Assembly (NCBI GenBank): GCA_965153455.1
Contig: OZ234493.1
Span: forward strand, 36,260,213 to 36,324,212
DNA: 64,000 nt
Source of the DNA: Sphagnum compactum
Lineage: Eukaryota
Direction: 5' to 3'
This document shows positions 1-13,311 of the stretch, in pieces. Below the pieces are notes generated by a model. The model ran no database searches and was not told where the DNA came from. It saw nothing but the letters and a program-made list of their open reading frames with translations. How positions within the stretch are numbered: position 1 is the first letter of the stretch; each line of letters opens with the position of its first letter. Made by a program: the position numbers and the translations under genes.

Positions 1-2
1 AG

Positions 3-3000
3 AATGAGAAGGATTCTAGGGTTGTGCCACAACGAGGTTGGGAAAACAGGTGCTGCTGGGTAGAGGGCAGGATGGCGGCCATCCTTTTGGCTCTAGTTCA
101 AGCTGTTGCTGCGCCCATTCCATTGGATGGAACAATACTAGGGGAGTGGAGTTTGGAACCAGCAGAAGCAGTACTCTACTCGCCTGATACAAAGGTACCT
201 CGATCTGCGGAAGTTGCACTTCGACGGGCAATTCCAGCCGTGAATCCATCCATGAAGAAAATGCAGGTTAGGGTTGTGCTTTTCTCGGTGTCTCCCTTTC
301 CCAGTTCCTTGAATTTCCTAGTAGCAAAGCAATTTTCCAATAGTAGAAATATCTCTATTTGCAGAAGTCACACTTAGACAGTAATTACCCATCCATGAAA
401 AAAATTCAGGTTAGGGTTATTGTTTTTCTTTGGGTCCGTCTTTCCCAGTTCCTTAAGTTTCCTAGTAGCAAACCAATAGAATACAAAGATACCTCTATTT
501 GCAGAAGTTACACTTCAAGGGGCAATTCCAGCTGTGAACCCATCAATGAAGAAAATGCAGGTTAGGGTTTGAGCTTTTCTTCATGTCTCTTTCCCATTTC
601 CTTGAGTTTCCTAGTAGCAAAGCAATTTTCCAATATTAGAATACAAAAGGTTATTTGCAGAAGTTGCACTTCGATGGGCAATTCCTGCCATGAAACCATT
701 CATGAAGAAAATGCAGGTTTGGGTTGTGCTTTTCTTCATGTCACTCTTTCCTGGTTCCTTGAGTTTGCTACTAGCAAAGCAATTTTCCCATAGTAGACTT
801 GTTTCAGCACTGTCATGTGCAGCAACTAAACCCTTTTTTCTTGCCCTCTCTTCATCCAATGAGATCATTATTCGGGGGATAAGCTAGGTGGAATTACTCG
901 CTCAAGTGCTGTTGTTTCTTCTTCCGGAATTGGTCTGATCCAACAGGAATCATTGGAGGATATATTTTATCTGCTGCGCATACCACAGCGCAAACCCTAT
1001 GGCTCAATGGAGAATGATGTCAAGAAGGCTATAAAGGTGATGATTATGGACTTTCTCTTTCCTGTAGTCATAATTACATTCAAACTCTTTGCATGTTGGG
1101 TGCATTGCTGGGTGCTTAATTATGAGGTAGAAGCAGTTGCTGCATAGTTTCTGGTTTGTGTGTTAAAGGCCTCCTGTTTGACCTAGGGTGAGATGTTGTG
1201 TGTTCCGTGAATTTAAACATGGCAGAACAGGCTAATTGTGTGTGGTATTGCAGCTTGCAACTGATGATAAAGCTGCAATTTTAGCAGCATTGCCACCTGA
1301 TCAAATTGAAAGGGGCACAGACCTCTTCAACAAGCTCGTTAGTGGCAAGGTATGATGACAGCATCCTCATCCTCTAGAGTGATTGGTTGTCAAGTCTCTG
1401 TTTCAAGAAACTACCAATTCAAGTATCTATGTTGCGCTGTTGAAATGTCAGGCCACTGAAAATATGTCCTTGCTCTGAGTTCAATGCTGTTCTTTGCAAA
1501 TTGCCAAGGAAGTTTAATATTCCTGTTCTTTTGCCATATCTATGGCCTTGCACTGGTTCTCCCTAGGAATGTACTGTAGCATGTTGATATACACACTGGT
1601 AGAAGCTGATGATGGTGCCTAGAATCCACCTCTGACAGGGGGCAGTAGGAACAGATGGGGCTGCAAGACTCTGGCCTGAGAAGAAGCTCTCATTTGTGCT
1701 AGCTTTGGCTGGTGTCATATAAATCATGATGGTGGGGTAAAGGGTGGGTTAGAGTCTGTGCTGGAGGCAATTGCAGCCAAGGATGCTGATAAGGTCTCTA
1801 TTCGGCTTGCATCGTCACTTGACACACTTTCTCAGCTTGAATTAGCGCAGGTAGATTTGTTCTCCTGTCTTCCTCTTATTTCAGGTCAAGAGACATAGAA
1901 AGCAATTGGCAAATTCTGAATCAAGGTGCTACACCCTTTTCAAGTAAGCCTAATAGTACCCAGCAGGCTAGCATTCCTCTGAAAGCTTTAGTCAACTGCC
2001 CTTGAAGGTGACATTAAGCAACAGATATCTAGGAGTTGACTGTGTTCAGAGCCTCTCCAGGGCGCTTAGGCAGAGCCTACAACAATCCAAGCTATGGAAG
2101 CATAGGGTTGATCATCATTTCTGGTGGCAATCCTACTGCCTTCATTTTCTTGAAAGAGAGTCTGAAGAGTTCATTTTTATACTGTCCTTCCATCACCTTC
2201 TGGTTATTGACCTCCACCCAGTTTTGATACAGAACAAACAGAGGAAGAGGTCTTGATGAGAGAGAAGATAGGACAAGGAAAAGATGTACAGCTTAGGTGT
2301 GCTCTTGTAGAAGAATATCTAATTGGAACTTGATGTTGACATCTGCAGGCTACAGGGTTGGCCTTTCTTGTACCCACCCCATACCAGCAATACCCCAGGT
2401 GATCTCTTTGAATTGCAATTGACTACTTTCTTGTCAACCATGGAAAGGTGTAGCTAATGCTTCACATGTGTTTGCAAAGATCAATCTTGTTTCTTCAACC
2501 TGTTTGCTACCTCTTCCCTGCTTCTTGAATGATCTTAAGCATGTTGGTCATTCTAAGATGTAGTCAGGAAGTCAAATTAGTATGTGCATCTGATCTCTTC
2601 ATCTAGACCTTAGTTTGCAATTGAAGAGTAGAGAAGTATAGCTTCTGAGACTAGCTCACTCACCCATTCTCATGCAGGCTGACAGGAAGAGCAACAGCAG
2701 AGTTCACAGTGGAAAAGGGTGACGGTTCCTCATTTACTGTGGCTACAGGTGGAGGGCCCCAAAAGGTTGGCATCCTTGAGGTAATTTCTAACAACCCATG
2801 TTTTTTCAATTCAACTGGCTTTTCACTGCCCAAAAGTACCTTTAACATCTCCCACATCTGGTTTGTCAGAAAGCTTTTGAGGTCCTGAAACAGAAGCCCT
2901 TTTTTTGTGCTCAGGTGGTGCTGGATGGCTACTCTGCGCCACTCACAGCTGGCAATTTTGCAGATTTGGTAATGTATGTCTGCACTTTTGCATGCTTTGA

Positions 3001-4260
3001 AAAGTTGAATGGCATGGGATGGAGAGCAAGAAAGTCTTAGTCATGTGTGGTGTGCTGGTGTTCCATGCCAGGTATTGAAAGGTGCTTATGATGGGATCAA
3101 GTTAAGGAGCACAGAGCAAGCAATTTTGTCTGATACTGAGACACTAGATTCTGTTGGGCGTGCTTTGCCCATTGAAATTTTACCTTCTGGAGAGTTTCAG
3201 CCATTATATAGAACTACACTTAATGTGCAGGTGAGACCTCTTTCAATCTCTCTGCTCTTGGTTTGGTTCTTTTATGGCTATCCTTTTGGTGCAACTCTCA
3301 TTGCATATCTGACAGTTACCTGTCTGCTCCTGTTTTTATTGTTCAAGGATGGTGAACTGCCAATATTGCCGCTGTCAGTATATGGAGCAGTGGCCATGGC
3401 ACACAACCCAACTTCTGAGGACTTCTCAGCTCCTTCACAATTCTTCTTCTACCTCTATGACAGACGAAGTGTACAGTCTTAAATCTCAAAATTCTGCTGC
3501 ATAGTAGTACAGCAATCTAAATTCACAAGTAAATAGCAAATTGTCTGAAACTATTGTCAGCTAATGCACTTGTGGGTGATTTCTCTGTTGAGAACAAACT
3601 TACTTAGATTTTTACAGTTTCTAGGCACTGTAAGTCCTCCCTTGACTGAAACCTGCTTACAATCCTTCATAAGGTCATGGCTCATTACACACGCTGCTTG
3701 CTACTGACCTATTCATGAAGATATCTAGCTCATCTAAAGTTTTTATAAAGGGTGTCTATTTGCACTTCTCATGTTTGGGCTGGACAAAGAGGGGAAAAAA
3801 TGCAGAAATCCAATTTTTTTTTGGGCTACCAGAAGTAAAAGGACTGTAAAGTAGATAATTTGAGCCTAACAGTACCTAAAGTTTTGTTTGGATTGCAATG
3901 TGTTGCTGCAGTCTGGTTTGGGTGGGCTCTCATTTGAGGAAGGCCAATTTTCTGTCTTTGGGTAAGGCTTTCACACTCTATTTGGCTTTCATGCACTGTG
4001 TTGATGAGAATTGTACTTGGCTGTATCATCTTCAATCTGTACTCACACAAAGCCTTGTTGGAACCTCAAAAAGATATATTCCAGATGCCAAAGATCAGTT
4101 CAGTTCCTTCAATTTTTACGTGCATAAACAATTGATGAAATGCAGGTATGTGACGAAAGGAAAAGAGCTGCTATCACAACTCAAAACAGGTGATATCATC
4201 AAATCAGCAAAGCTTGTCTCAGGTCTTGATCGGTTTGTTGCACCCACTGAAAGTGGTTGA
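3..4260 (+). CDS. CYP37: Thylakoid-lumen cyclophilin-type peptidyl-prolyl isomerase CYP37; multi-exon, 5' end (transit peptide) lies upstream of the window
   Basis: Exons with GT-AG ends and consistent phase: <3-266, 947-1036, 1254-1349, 1743-1850, 2349-2398, 2678-2780, 2915-2968, 3072-3230, 3348-3470, 3912-3961, 4146-4260 (TGA). Spliced peptide contains AEAVLYSPDTKVPRSAEVALRRAIP, LEDIFYLLRIPQRKPYG, VVLDGYSAPLTAGNFADLV, DGELPILPLSVYGAVAMAH, QFFFYLYDRRSSGLGGLSFEEGQFSVFGY, which are characteristic of CYP37. Frame is open from position 3. Confidence 0.93.
207..800 (+). repeat. Four-copy ~150-bp tandem duplication of a CYP37 exon 3' end, 5' splice site and intron start
   Basis: Units containing gc(g/a)gaagt..cactt...catgaagaaaatgcag|gtt(a/t)gggtt...ttcctagtagcaaagcaattttcc recur, with donor GT at 267, 410, 561 and 717. 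Confidence 0.95.
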
Positions 4261-4831
4261 CAAGTAGTCAAGGGCTCTCCTTGGCACACAGAATTTTGTT
4301 GTTGTGGGTTTGCTGCAAACCAAAGCCTTTTTGTCTACTCACTAATCTGTGATGAAATAAATTTTTGTCACACTACAATTGCTGCTAAGGCTTTGTGAAA
4401 ACCATCTATCCAGAGACACAAAGAGCTTGGTATATATGCCACCCTCTGATCACACAATTTCTGCTCAGATGCACTGAGGAGATTTGTGAAAATTCCAAAA
4501 AACCATTCTTTGTGTGCCCAGAAAGAGATGAAGGGATCAATCAGAGAGTCAAATCATCTCTTCTTTGACAAGAGCTTGGTATATGCCAACTTCCTGGTCA
4601 GACCTCACCTTCAATGTGCTTTACAGTTTAAAAAAAAATTATGAGCCATTTTCCATGAATAACTGAAGAGGGTTATTGACACAATTGTGAATGATGTTCC
4701 TGTATCCAAGTGCTGGTGTGCCTACCAACTCTGAGGTTCTATTTCATTACCCAAAAGCTTCAAAGAAGTGAGGTTTCTAGGCTGAATCCATTGACCAGTG
4801 TTAACTCTCTTTTTTTGCATCTAATGAGGTA

Positions 4832-5016
4832 CTAGTGAAGAAGTGCTTCCACTCTCGGTCTTACATCTAGTGAGATCTAGTGAAGTGCTTCCACTCTTTG
4901 TTTCTACATCTAGTGAGATCTAGTTGAGTTCTTCCACTCTTTGTATCTACATCTAGTGAGATCTAATAGAGTTCCTCCACTCTTTGTATCTACATCTAGT
5001 GGGATCTAGTGAAGTG
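4832..5016. repeat. 43-bp minisatellite, about 4.3 copies, between the convergent CYP37 and AP4M 3' ends
   Basis: ctagtgaagtgcttccactctttgt(t/a)tctacatctagtgagat; units start at about 4877, 4920, 4963 and 5006, with a partial unit at 4832. Confidence 0.9.
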
Positions 5017-6202
5017 TTTCTATGCTGTAAATTTGTAGCTGAAAACAGCAAGCATTTGTTGGCCAGAGATATTGATAGGATGTAGGATTGTTTACTGAGA
5101 TGCATCATGCCTACAAGATGTTGATGTGTCTAGTAGTCAGTATCTTGTTGAGGTGTGTACAAGAGGAACATTGATGGGGGGAGGGAGCACAGGAGGGTTT
5201 CTATTGAAGATGCATTGCTCTGAACAAAAACGGACTACACTTTTTTTTCGGTCCCTTACATTTGTTGAACTTCTGCAATGTTGGAAATTTTCTAGTAAAA
5301 CTGGACCAATTACTGGGAGGAGGGTATATCTCGAATTTTAAATTCTGACCTTTTGAAGGATACAGAGAACAGTGGCAGTTGTGATGCTGTTTGTTGGCAG
5401 TCTGCTGTAATTCTTATGATCACAATCATCTTTGTCACCTTGTGCACTGTTCTGCCACCACCCTCTCAACTTCATGAAAAATCCTAAACAGTAAAACCCA
5501 GAAGAAAGCCCAGAAGAGGACCAATAATGGACATGTTCACATCCACACAATTAACCACTCTTACATATTTGTTTAGCACCATGATTACTGGTTCAACAAG
5601 TAAGCAACAATAGTTGGGGACTTCCAAAGCCATATATGAGTTTTGTATCTAGAGATACTTCAATTACATTTACTTTCAAACTCTTTTCTCTTTAGTTCCT
5701 TGTAGGTTTGTGCAGGCAAGTCATCAACAAGATGTAAAAAAAATTATGCTTTGGATTAGTACAAAATTGAGATTTCAGTTTTGCTTTAGTATCTAGTAGG
5801 TGCAATGCCACAAACATACCAAATTCATTTTCACTCAAGGAGCCCATGAAGCAGCCAGAGGCTTTCTGGCCAGTGCTGTGTACAGTCATTGGTCATGCAT
5901 TCAAATCTCAGGATTAGGAATTGGTAACAACACTATTGTTATACAACTGCAATGGCAACATCAGTCTGGTGAATGGTAGACACGATAACAGTGTACAGTC
6001 ATGGAAAGAGAGGTGCAACCATCCAAATTCATATAGTTATAACACCTCCAACCTGCCTCTGTAGGAGATTTTCACCATCTCAATTAGTTGACCATTGGCA
6101 ACATTATTTATTTGAGGAAGGTCAACTCCAATGCAGCATTACCTTTTGTCTTGGAAAGTCTCAGCATCTCGAGGAATGTAAGCAAGTGGGAAGGGGGCAC
6201 AC

Positions 6203-9200
6203 TTATGTCCGGATAACATAAGAGTTGGACAGAGTGACATATCGAACCCAGCGATGAGGATTATATGATTTCGACTTCTTCACTAGCTGCAAAAACTTCA
6301 CCTGTCAACCACCCCCCAGCTTGTCATTAGGTTAGGAGCACATGACTGCTCAACCTAAGGTGTTGTATGCCTTGAAGAACACATAGCCCAGTAATACAGA
6401 GTCAAACCACTTCATGACCAATCAGATCATGTGACCTTTACTGTGTAATCTACTTAGAAATGCAACAGAAATGGAACATTTCTCTGCCTGACAATTCAGC
6501 CTGATCTAGTTTAAACCCTTGGACCTGATCAAACGTTCCACTGTGCAGTATGGTCTATTCCAGACAGTTGCCAAAAAACCATTTGTATGTCTAAAAAAGA
6601 GTCAACTGCTCTGACACAAAGTGAAATGTCTTCAAGTACCAAGAACTTCTAAACAATTATGATTGAACTCACTAAATAGAATTGACAGATGATAAGGTCA
6701 TAGACATTTCAGATCTGATAACAGAGAAAACAGAATACAACAGTTGACTGGTTTGAACATCAGCATTACAACACATTAAAATCATACAGACATTGAGGGG
6801 CTGTGCAAACAAACAATAAGGTTGTAAGTTTGACACATAGGTTGTACGTCAAGTTACCCTGGTGAGAAAGCTCCTCTCTAAACAGAATAGATAAGGCCAT
6901 GAAGAGTATACCTGAAGTCTAGAAGCATTGTACATAGGGATGGTAAATGTCATACTTATTGGGCCCGCCTCTTTCTTGATGTTAACTGCCAAAAACAGTC
7001 ATTTATCAGGATTGAATTCTAACTGTTTCATGCCAATAAAAGACTAGTTAGGAGGTAAAATGGATACTATTAGAAGTTCCAAGAGCATCCTTTTGGAGGG
7101 TAGAATTGGGGGATGAAACATGGTTGAAGATTTATTGAGCTCTGCTGCTCTTTCTCAGGTTGTAATGTCTCTCCAAGCCATATCAATAAACAATTGCAAA
7201 CCAGAACCAAATCTAAAAGCCTGCATGCTAAGGTGTAAGAATGCCTACCAGTTCTTTCCTGAGAGAGTGTCAGCTTTGCTCTTAATGTGTGCTCAGAACC
7301 TCCAACAATCTGCAACCCACCTCAAGGACAAATTAATGAGGAACTTCATGGCATCAAGGATCGATCAAAGATAGTTTCCTGCCAAGAGGTGTTTTCTGTG
7401 GAGTGGGTTTGCATTGGAAATGAGAATAAAGAATTCCTGTAGGAAATGAGCACTAGGGGCCTTCATGTCACAGGAACAAGCAACTCTAAAAAGAAAATGT
7501 AGCTCATCCATGTAAACGACATCTTGACAGCATGGGGTGGGGTGATAAGAGTGCTTCACTATGGATTTCAGTCCAAGGACAAAGAGTCAACCCTAACGTA
7601 CTGATTACCTGGCTGTTGCAATTTCAAGAACCAAGATAGGGACACACCTTCCGGCAACACCATTCCAGAACTTTGTTGGCTTCTTTGAAATCAGTAGTCT
7701 GGCCAACAGCTCCTGTCTCCAGATCAAAGCTCACCCTGTAGGTTGAGTTGCCAGAACACACATGCACCAGATTATCACCATTTTGCATAGAAGGAAAACA
7801 TTCTACTTGCCAGAACAAGAGCTGTTCATTTTCCACTGAGGTTGAAAGGTATACTGTCCAATAGAGATAACTGTCCTGATAATCTACCTCAGCTGAAGTA
7901 CATGGTTTGAACCCTTTCGATAAGAGGTCATGACTTGTGCAAACAATTTGTTGTGGCAAATATAAAGGTCCAAGGATGGGGAGTCAGGTTATTTGTATCA
8001 AGAAGTTCATCATTATTAACAACTACATACTAGTTAGTCACCCATAACTGGATTGAAGCACTTCAAATTTGGAAACCTTTTGGAATTAAATTTCCAATGC
8101 AAGCACCTGAACTTGTGTACTTAACATCACACCCAGCCATAGGCTTCAGAAGGCTACTAGAATCCCCATATGATCATCATCTAAATAATCAAGGCTCAAG
8201 TCCACACCAAGATACAAGTGCTAGCAAACTGGACAAGATCCCATACCTTGTTGTTGTTTTGGGAAGAGGTACCCGTAAGATCACCATATTAGCTGTGATA
8301 GTAGTTGGGAAGTCTGCCCGGACTTTCAAAACTACCTCTGCCTGTCACAATTAGACATAGGCAAGAACACATCACATCCAAGGTCGTCAAATATCAACAT
8401 CAATGTGCCCAACCAGAGATGAGAAACTTTCTGCAAAATTCCCCACTAGCAGTGAGGGCCCTCTGTCTACCCTGCACCTACAAAATCATGCAACAGCTGG
8501 TGTTTCCATGTTGCAATGACTAGGAACTTGGCCACTGCTCATTTATAGGAACAAGAGTTGACTGCTCATTTCAAGTCTAGCAGACATTAGAAACCCATTA
8601 CAGGCTCCAAGTTTGGACTGTATTGAAGACTTTGAGCCTTCCTAACATACCATATTTTTCCTGCTCGACTAGGTATATGATATTGTAACATTTTCTTAAC
8701 TACAAAGACAGACACCATGCACACTGCAATTGCAACTATTACTGAGGATGCACTAAAGCCCATGAGGTTCTCAAGGTCTAGAATAGCCTGCAGGTCTAAT
8801 TTGTTTTGATATAGCAAAAAATTTACTACAAAGAGATCCAGTGGTTATGACCACAGAACTAGAATATTCTCATGTAAGTGTACCTTGAAAGGACCTGCCT
8901 CTTCAATCACCGGATAGACTTTAAAAGGAGGCTTGAACTCTTGAGTCATTCGATAGTTCATGATTGGAAACTCTCCATCTGGAGGTATCTTCATTCACAA
9001 AAGTAAAAAAGAAGGTGAACAAAAGTTAATGTCTTGAACCTTAACTCCTGAGTCCCCTAAATAACCTGAAAGGTGCCTCTGAAAACATCTTCACATGCTT
9101 TGCGGAGTATTCTTTTGAACTTGCAACTGTAGTGATGACATTGCTAATGTACGGGGAAACAGAATATGAGTCAGCTGATCAGCTCTAGGCATGGGAGAGA

Positions 9201-12200
9201 TTTTTGGATGGCCAACTGTTGCATCTGTTCTATTACTACAGCATGTCCTAACCGCAAACCCTTTTCTCTCATTATCAAAGCCTGAAACTTGTGACTTCTC
9301 TTGCAGTTTAATTTCAAGCACAACTTTAAGAGGGACCCTACTTCTCAGGGGGGATAGATACCAGAGTAAGTGTGCGGTCCAGTTCAAAGTCATCCAAGCG
9401 GACTGATTCATGGAAATTGCAGTCATCCAAAAGGACCATACCCACTCCACCTCCTGTACCATATTCTGGAGCTGTACAGTAAGATCAGGACAACAATCCT
9501 TCAGCCAAGGGATCCTTCCTTCTTATAGACCACAGCAGGGATCTCTGAAACCTAGAAGCATGGACACAAACAATGCCACACATATTTTTGCTGAAATACC
9601 TCATATGATAATTATACAGCTTATCTGTCCCCACCCATGTGACATTCCCAGTCACTCCTATTCCATCAATCAATCAAGAGAAGAGTGCTGACCATAGCTG
9701 CCAGAGCCAGCATGCCCAATGCTAATGTCGTCATTCAAGCCCACTTTGATTTCTGGATTTCCTGACAGGTAGCTCTTCATCTGAATGGTACCATCGATCT
9801 CTGAGGTCAAAATATAACCCTGTTTTCCCAATGGCCCACCTTAATGAGCCTTCAACAATTTCCAATGCCTAGACAAAGAACCTGGCTTGGCTCATTAATC
9901 CCCACAGGCTTTGCAAGCCCTTATAAAATTACTCAACTTAAACCCAAACACTGACCAAAAACCAGCACAGCATATTAAGATTAGTAGCATGTATCACTTT
10001 GTCAATGCAATTGCATTAGAAGTTCATGCCAGAGAGTTATGAGGGGAGGAAAATGTCAAAACATTTGACATATGTATGTCCACAGCACAGTGCAAAACTT
10101 ACACTGGAATTGAAGGTGACACTAATCTTTTCAATAATATCCACAAACACCTCTTCTTGCTTTTTCCCTCCTGGCTCATTAGCCACCACTGACTTGGTTA
10201 CTGCAGTTCCTGGCAACCGATGTGACCCTTGCTGACAACACAGCCCACTTCTTTATCAGAAACAAAGTTGTTCTACAATAAATTATAGTACTCATGCAAA
10301 CCCACAATCCTGTGCACAGCCAAAAAGTGGGTTTGTTTTGGGTACCACTGTCCCAAACTTGTTTTGTTTTGTACTTTCGTCATCTCCCAACAAAGGAAAA
10401 AGGATTAGGGAATGTGGTAGCCTAGCACTTGTTACAATTCCATTGATATCTGACTCTTTGCTAGGAACTAGTTTTCAAGGTTCTAGTCAATGGTCAATGC
10501 TTCTTCACAGCATTAACAGTCAAGATAGGAAGAGCTGTCAAACAAATTTGTGCCACCAGGGTCTTGCCTTATTTTACGTTTCAATTGAGTAAAATGGAGA
10601 ATAAGGAGTGGAGCTTTACAATGAAAAGAGCAGCTGGGCCAAGTGATGGCATCCGAGCGGCATCCACCACCACAGGCTCATTGAACACAAACGACTTCAA
10701 TGCTTCTGTTGATGTTGTTTGAGGATACCCAAAATCCTGTACCAGGAGATAACCCTGATGTCAGTAAACCAACCCAACAATTTCTTCAATGCCAAACAAC
10801 ACCACATTTACCACATACCCACTCATTTCATTAAAGCACAACATCCACAACAAAAATGGTGAAGAGGGCAAGTGTTTTTGCCACCATGCAGACAATCTGA
10901 CTCATGAAAAGATAGATTCCAAACACTTGCAGATTAATAGTAAAGAACTGAAAACAGAGATCATCTGCAACTGCAAGCATTCTCTACAATCTCCTGCTCA
11001 TAAGGGATAACAAATATAACTCCACCCAACTCAACTCTCAAGCAGAATGAACAACCTTAATTCTCAGCAAAACTATCACAAAGTAGATGAGGAACAGCAC
11101 AGACAAAAGAGAGGCAACTTACTAGTTACAGCACCAAAAGGACAATCAGTGAATATTCCAGTTTGTGAAAATTTTAAAATTGGCGACGCCTATCACAGTT
11201 GGATTGAGAATAGGAAGGACAATAATGGACACATGCATTGGGAAAGTAACTTACAATCATTTCATCCAGCAATTCATAAACAAGCACAAAGTTTTTTCGT
11301 AGTGAATCTTCATTGAGAACTCCCAGGTAATCCTTAGTCACGCGGGCTATGCGTTGCAGAAGCTCCAATACCAGTGCTGGTGAAAGGTTCACCCGTGTGG
11401 TTGCAACAAATAGCAGCCCTGCCTGCTTCACATGCATGTAATTCACACCATCTACATTCTGCAGCACAAGCATCTTGTCACTTTTCCAATGCCTCATTTC
11501 ACAAAAACAATTGTCATCTATTTCAACAAATGGTTTGAGAATTGAAACAAATAAGTGCAAGCAGCACCATTTTGGGTTTGAGGCATGGGTTATGCAATGG
11601 CAACACTTTCCAACCCTTCAACTTTTGCTCTGAACATAAAAGCATGCTGATGTGCATCTCCAAACTAGCTGGCATATTAGCCACAAGTTTTAGTGATCAA
11701 CCCTCTGCCATGAGTTGTTTAGAGCTAAAAGAAAAGGGAACAGAATACCTACGAATATAGGAGGTGCCTCCTCGCCTTCTTCACCCTTCCAGAACTTTAC
11801 CTTTCGGAAAAATATCTCAGCACTTCCTTTAGGAACATCGCCGCGGTCTGCACACCAAACAGATTAGATAACTTAAGCATCCAAAGGAAGGGTATTTTGT
11901 CACAAAAAATCCCATTAAAGATCAATCACAAGCAACTCTATTGTGACATGAACAAGGCTGATCTTGGCTCCCAAGACTCTCTGCAAGAAAGGGGGGGCCT
12001 CTGTAGAACTATCACCTACAGACATTTCATTTTTTTTGCTGAGATTTAACTACAGTACACCATTCGTCTGTACAGAACTAGGAAGAATTAGGTCAAACCT
12101 TGAGGTCGTCAAACCATGGCAAAATGAGCTGTCTACAGAATACAAAGACGAAACTCTAGACTTGTGTTCAGGCTCAATCAGATCATTGAGAAACGGTTCA

Positions 12201-12719
12201 GAAAAAGAGAAACAGTTGTAGAACATCTTGTGCTGATGAAAATCAAAGACCAGTGTTTTTTCTTATGTCTGATCTGCACAGGTTGTTCATCGATGCCAAG
12301 ATACAGACTACTATTGCGGTTCCTCATCCTAATGAACCATAGAAAAAGCGAATCTCTTGTTTGCATCACAGCAGCGGAGATTCTGCTTATCCTCTCATCA
12401 GAGAACTAAGAAAAAAAAATCCGGGCATCTCAAAACGACAATCCATTGCCCTAAAGAAATGAAAAAAGAAGGGCATAAATGACATAGTGGGAAACAAGGC
12501 AAATGCTCAAGACGATCAGCAACAAACGGAAAACTGATCGGACAACGTTTATCACCAATGCACGAAGAGATTGGGAGCTATGGAGTTTGTCAATGCACGA
12601 GTTAACAAATCGATGAGTGAGAAATCAGGAAGGGATGAGAGGAACTGTTGAAAAAACTTACAATCACGGAACACGATGTTGTCTCCTCGCAAGGAGAGGA
12701 CGAAGAACTGAGATATCAT
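6203..12719 (-). CDS. AP4M: AP-4 adaptor complex medium (mu4) subunit, 13 exons, 451 aa
   Basis: Minus-strand exons: 12719-12662, 11847-11753, 11458-11255, 10736-10620, 10231-10103, 9819-9693, 9465-9362, 8988-8884, 8341-8247, 7735-7648, 7309-7249, 6985-6912, 6301-6203; total 1356 nt. Peptide MISQFFVLSLRGDNIVFRDYRGDVPKGSAEIFFRKVKFW...[24 protein letters not shown]...LLDDCNFHESVRL...IPPDGEFPIMNYRMTQEF...NPHRWVRYVTLSNSYVIRT* is the mu-adaptin pattern of the plant AP4M type. Confidence 0.96.
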
Positions 12720-12894
12720 GACGGCAGTTGCTGTTCCCCCGTGTCTTCCTTCGCTCGCTGTTTCCAACACAGACACAGAAGAGAAGAGCCAAGGCAGAAG
12801 AAGAGGAGGAGCACCTGCTGCTGTTGCTGCCACCGCCGCTGCGTACCTAACAAAGGCGTCGCGGACAAGGAACCCAAGGAAACAAGTGCGCCCA

Positions 12895-13075
12895 CGGAGA
12901 AGAGGGGTCTCAGGGAGGCGTACCTTCGGAGGTTTCAGGTACCAAGGAGAAGGGTTCCAAGGAGGCGTACCTTCCAAGGTACCAAGGAGAAGGGTCCCAA
13001 GGAGGCGTACCTTCCGAGGTGCCAAGGGGGGAGGGTCTCAAGGAGGCGTACCTTGCTGAGGTTTCAGGTACCTAC
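12895..13075. repeat. GC-rich ~40-47-bp tandem repeat (4 copies) directly upstream of the AP4M start
   Basis: ggaggcgtacctt at 12914, 12961, 13001 and 13042, each with ggt(a/g)cc/aagg(a/g)g(a/g)agggt. Confidence 0.85.
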
Positions 13076-13311
13076 CGAGGGACTGGAGAATGGGCAAAGC
13101 CCTTGACCGTTGTGTCAAGGGGTCCACATATAGGCTCGCATTAGGGGCGAGCCTGACTCAATGGAACAAGGGTTACCTGACACAATGGTCAAGGGCGCAC
13201 CCATTCTCTTACATAAATGGCCTAATATTTCTTCAGAATCCTTTATAATCATACAAGGGGGGGAAGGGAACAAAGGGACCCAAAAATAAGGCCGCACTAA
13301 GGTACACACAT

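Noticed and set aside
3231-3347. Hydrophobic 39-aa segment (VRPLSISLLLVWFF...LLLFLLFK) in ORF 3009-3482 that looks like transmembrane helices
   Set aside because: It is a 117-nt GT-AG intron that happens to be in frame and stop-free; T-rich introns translate as hydrophobic text, and NVQ|DGELP is the conserved CYP37 junction.
207-5016. Repeat arrays (here and at 30019, 31053, 48308) considered as CRISPR-like arrays
   Set aside because: Units are contiguous tandem copies without unique spacers, the DNA is eukaryotic and no cas genes are present.
12552-13106. Overlapping 113-157-aa ORFs on both strands upstream of AP4M
   Set aside because: They are products of a GC-rich tandem repeat and 5' UTR; only the MISQFF... 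exon has protein homology.
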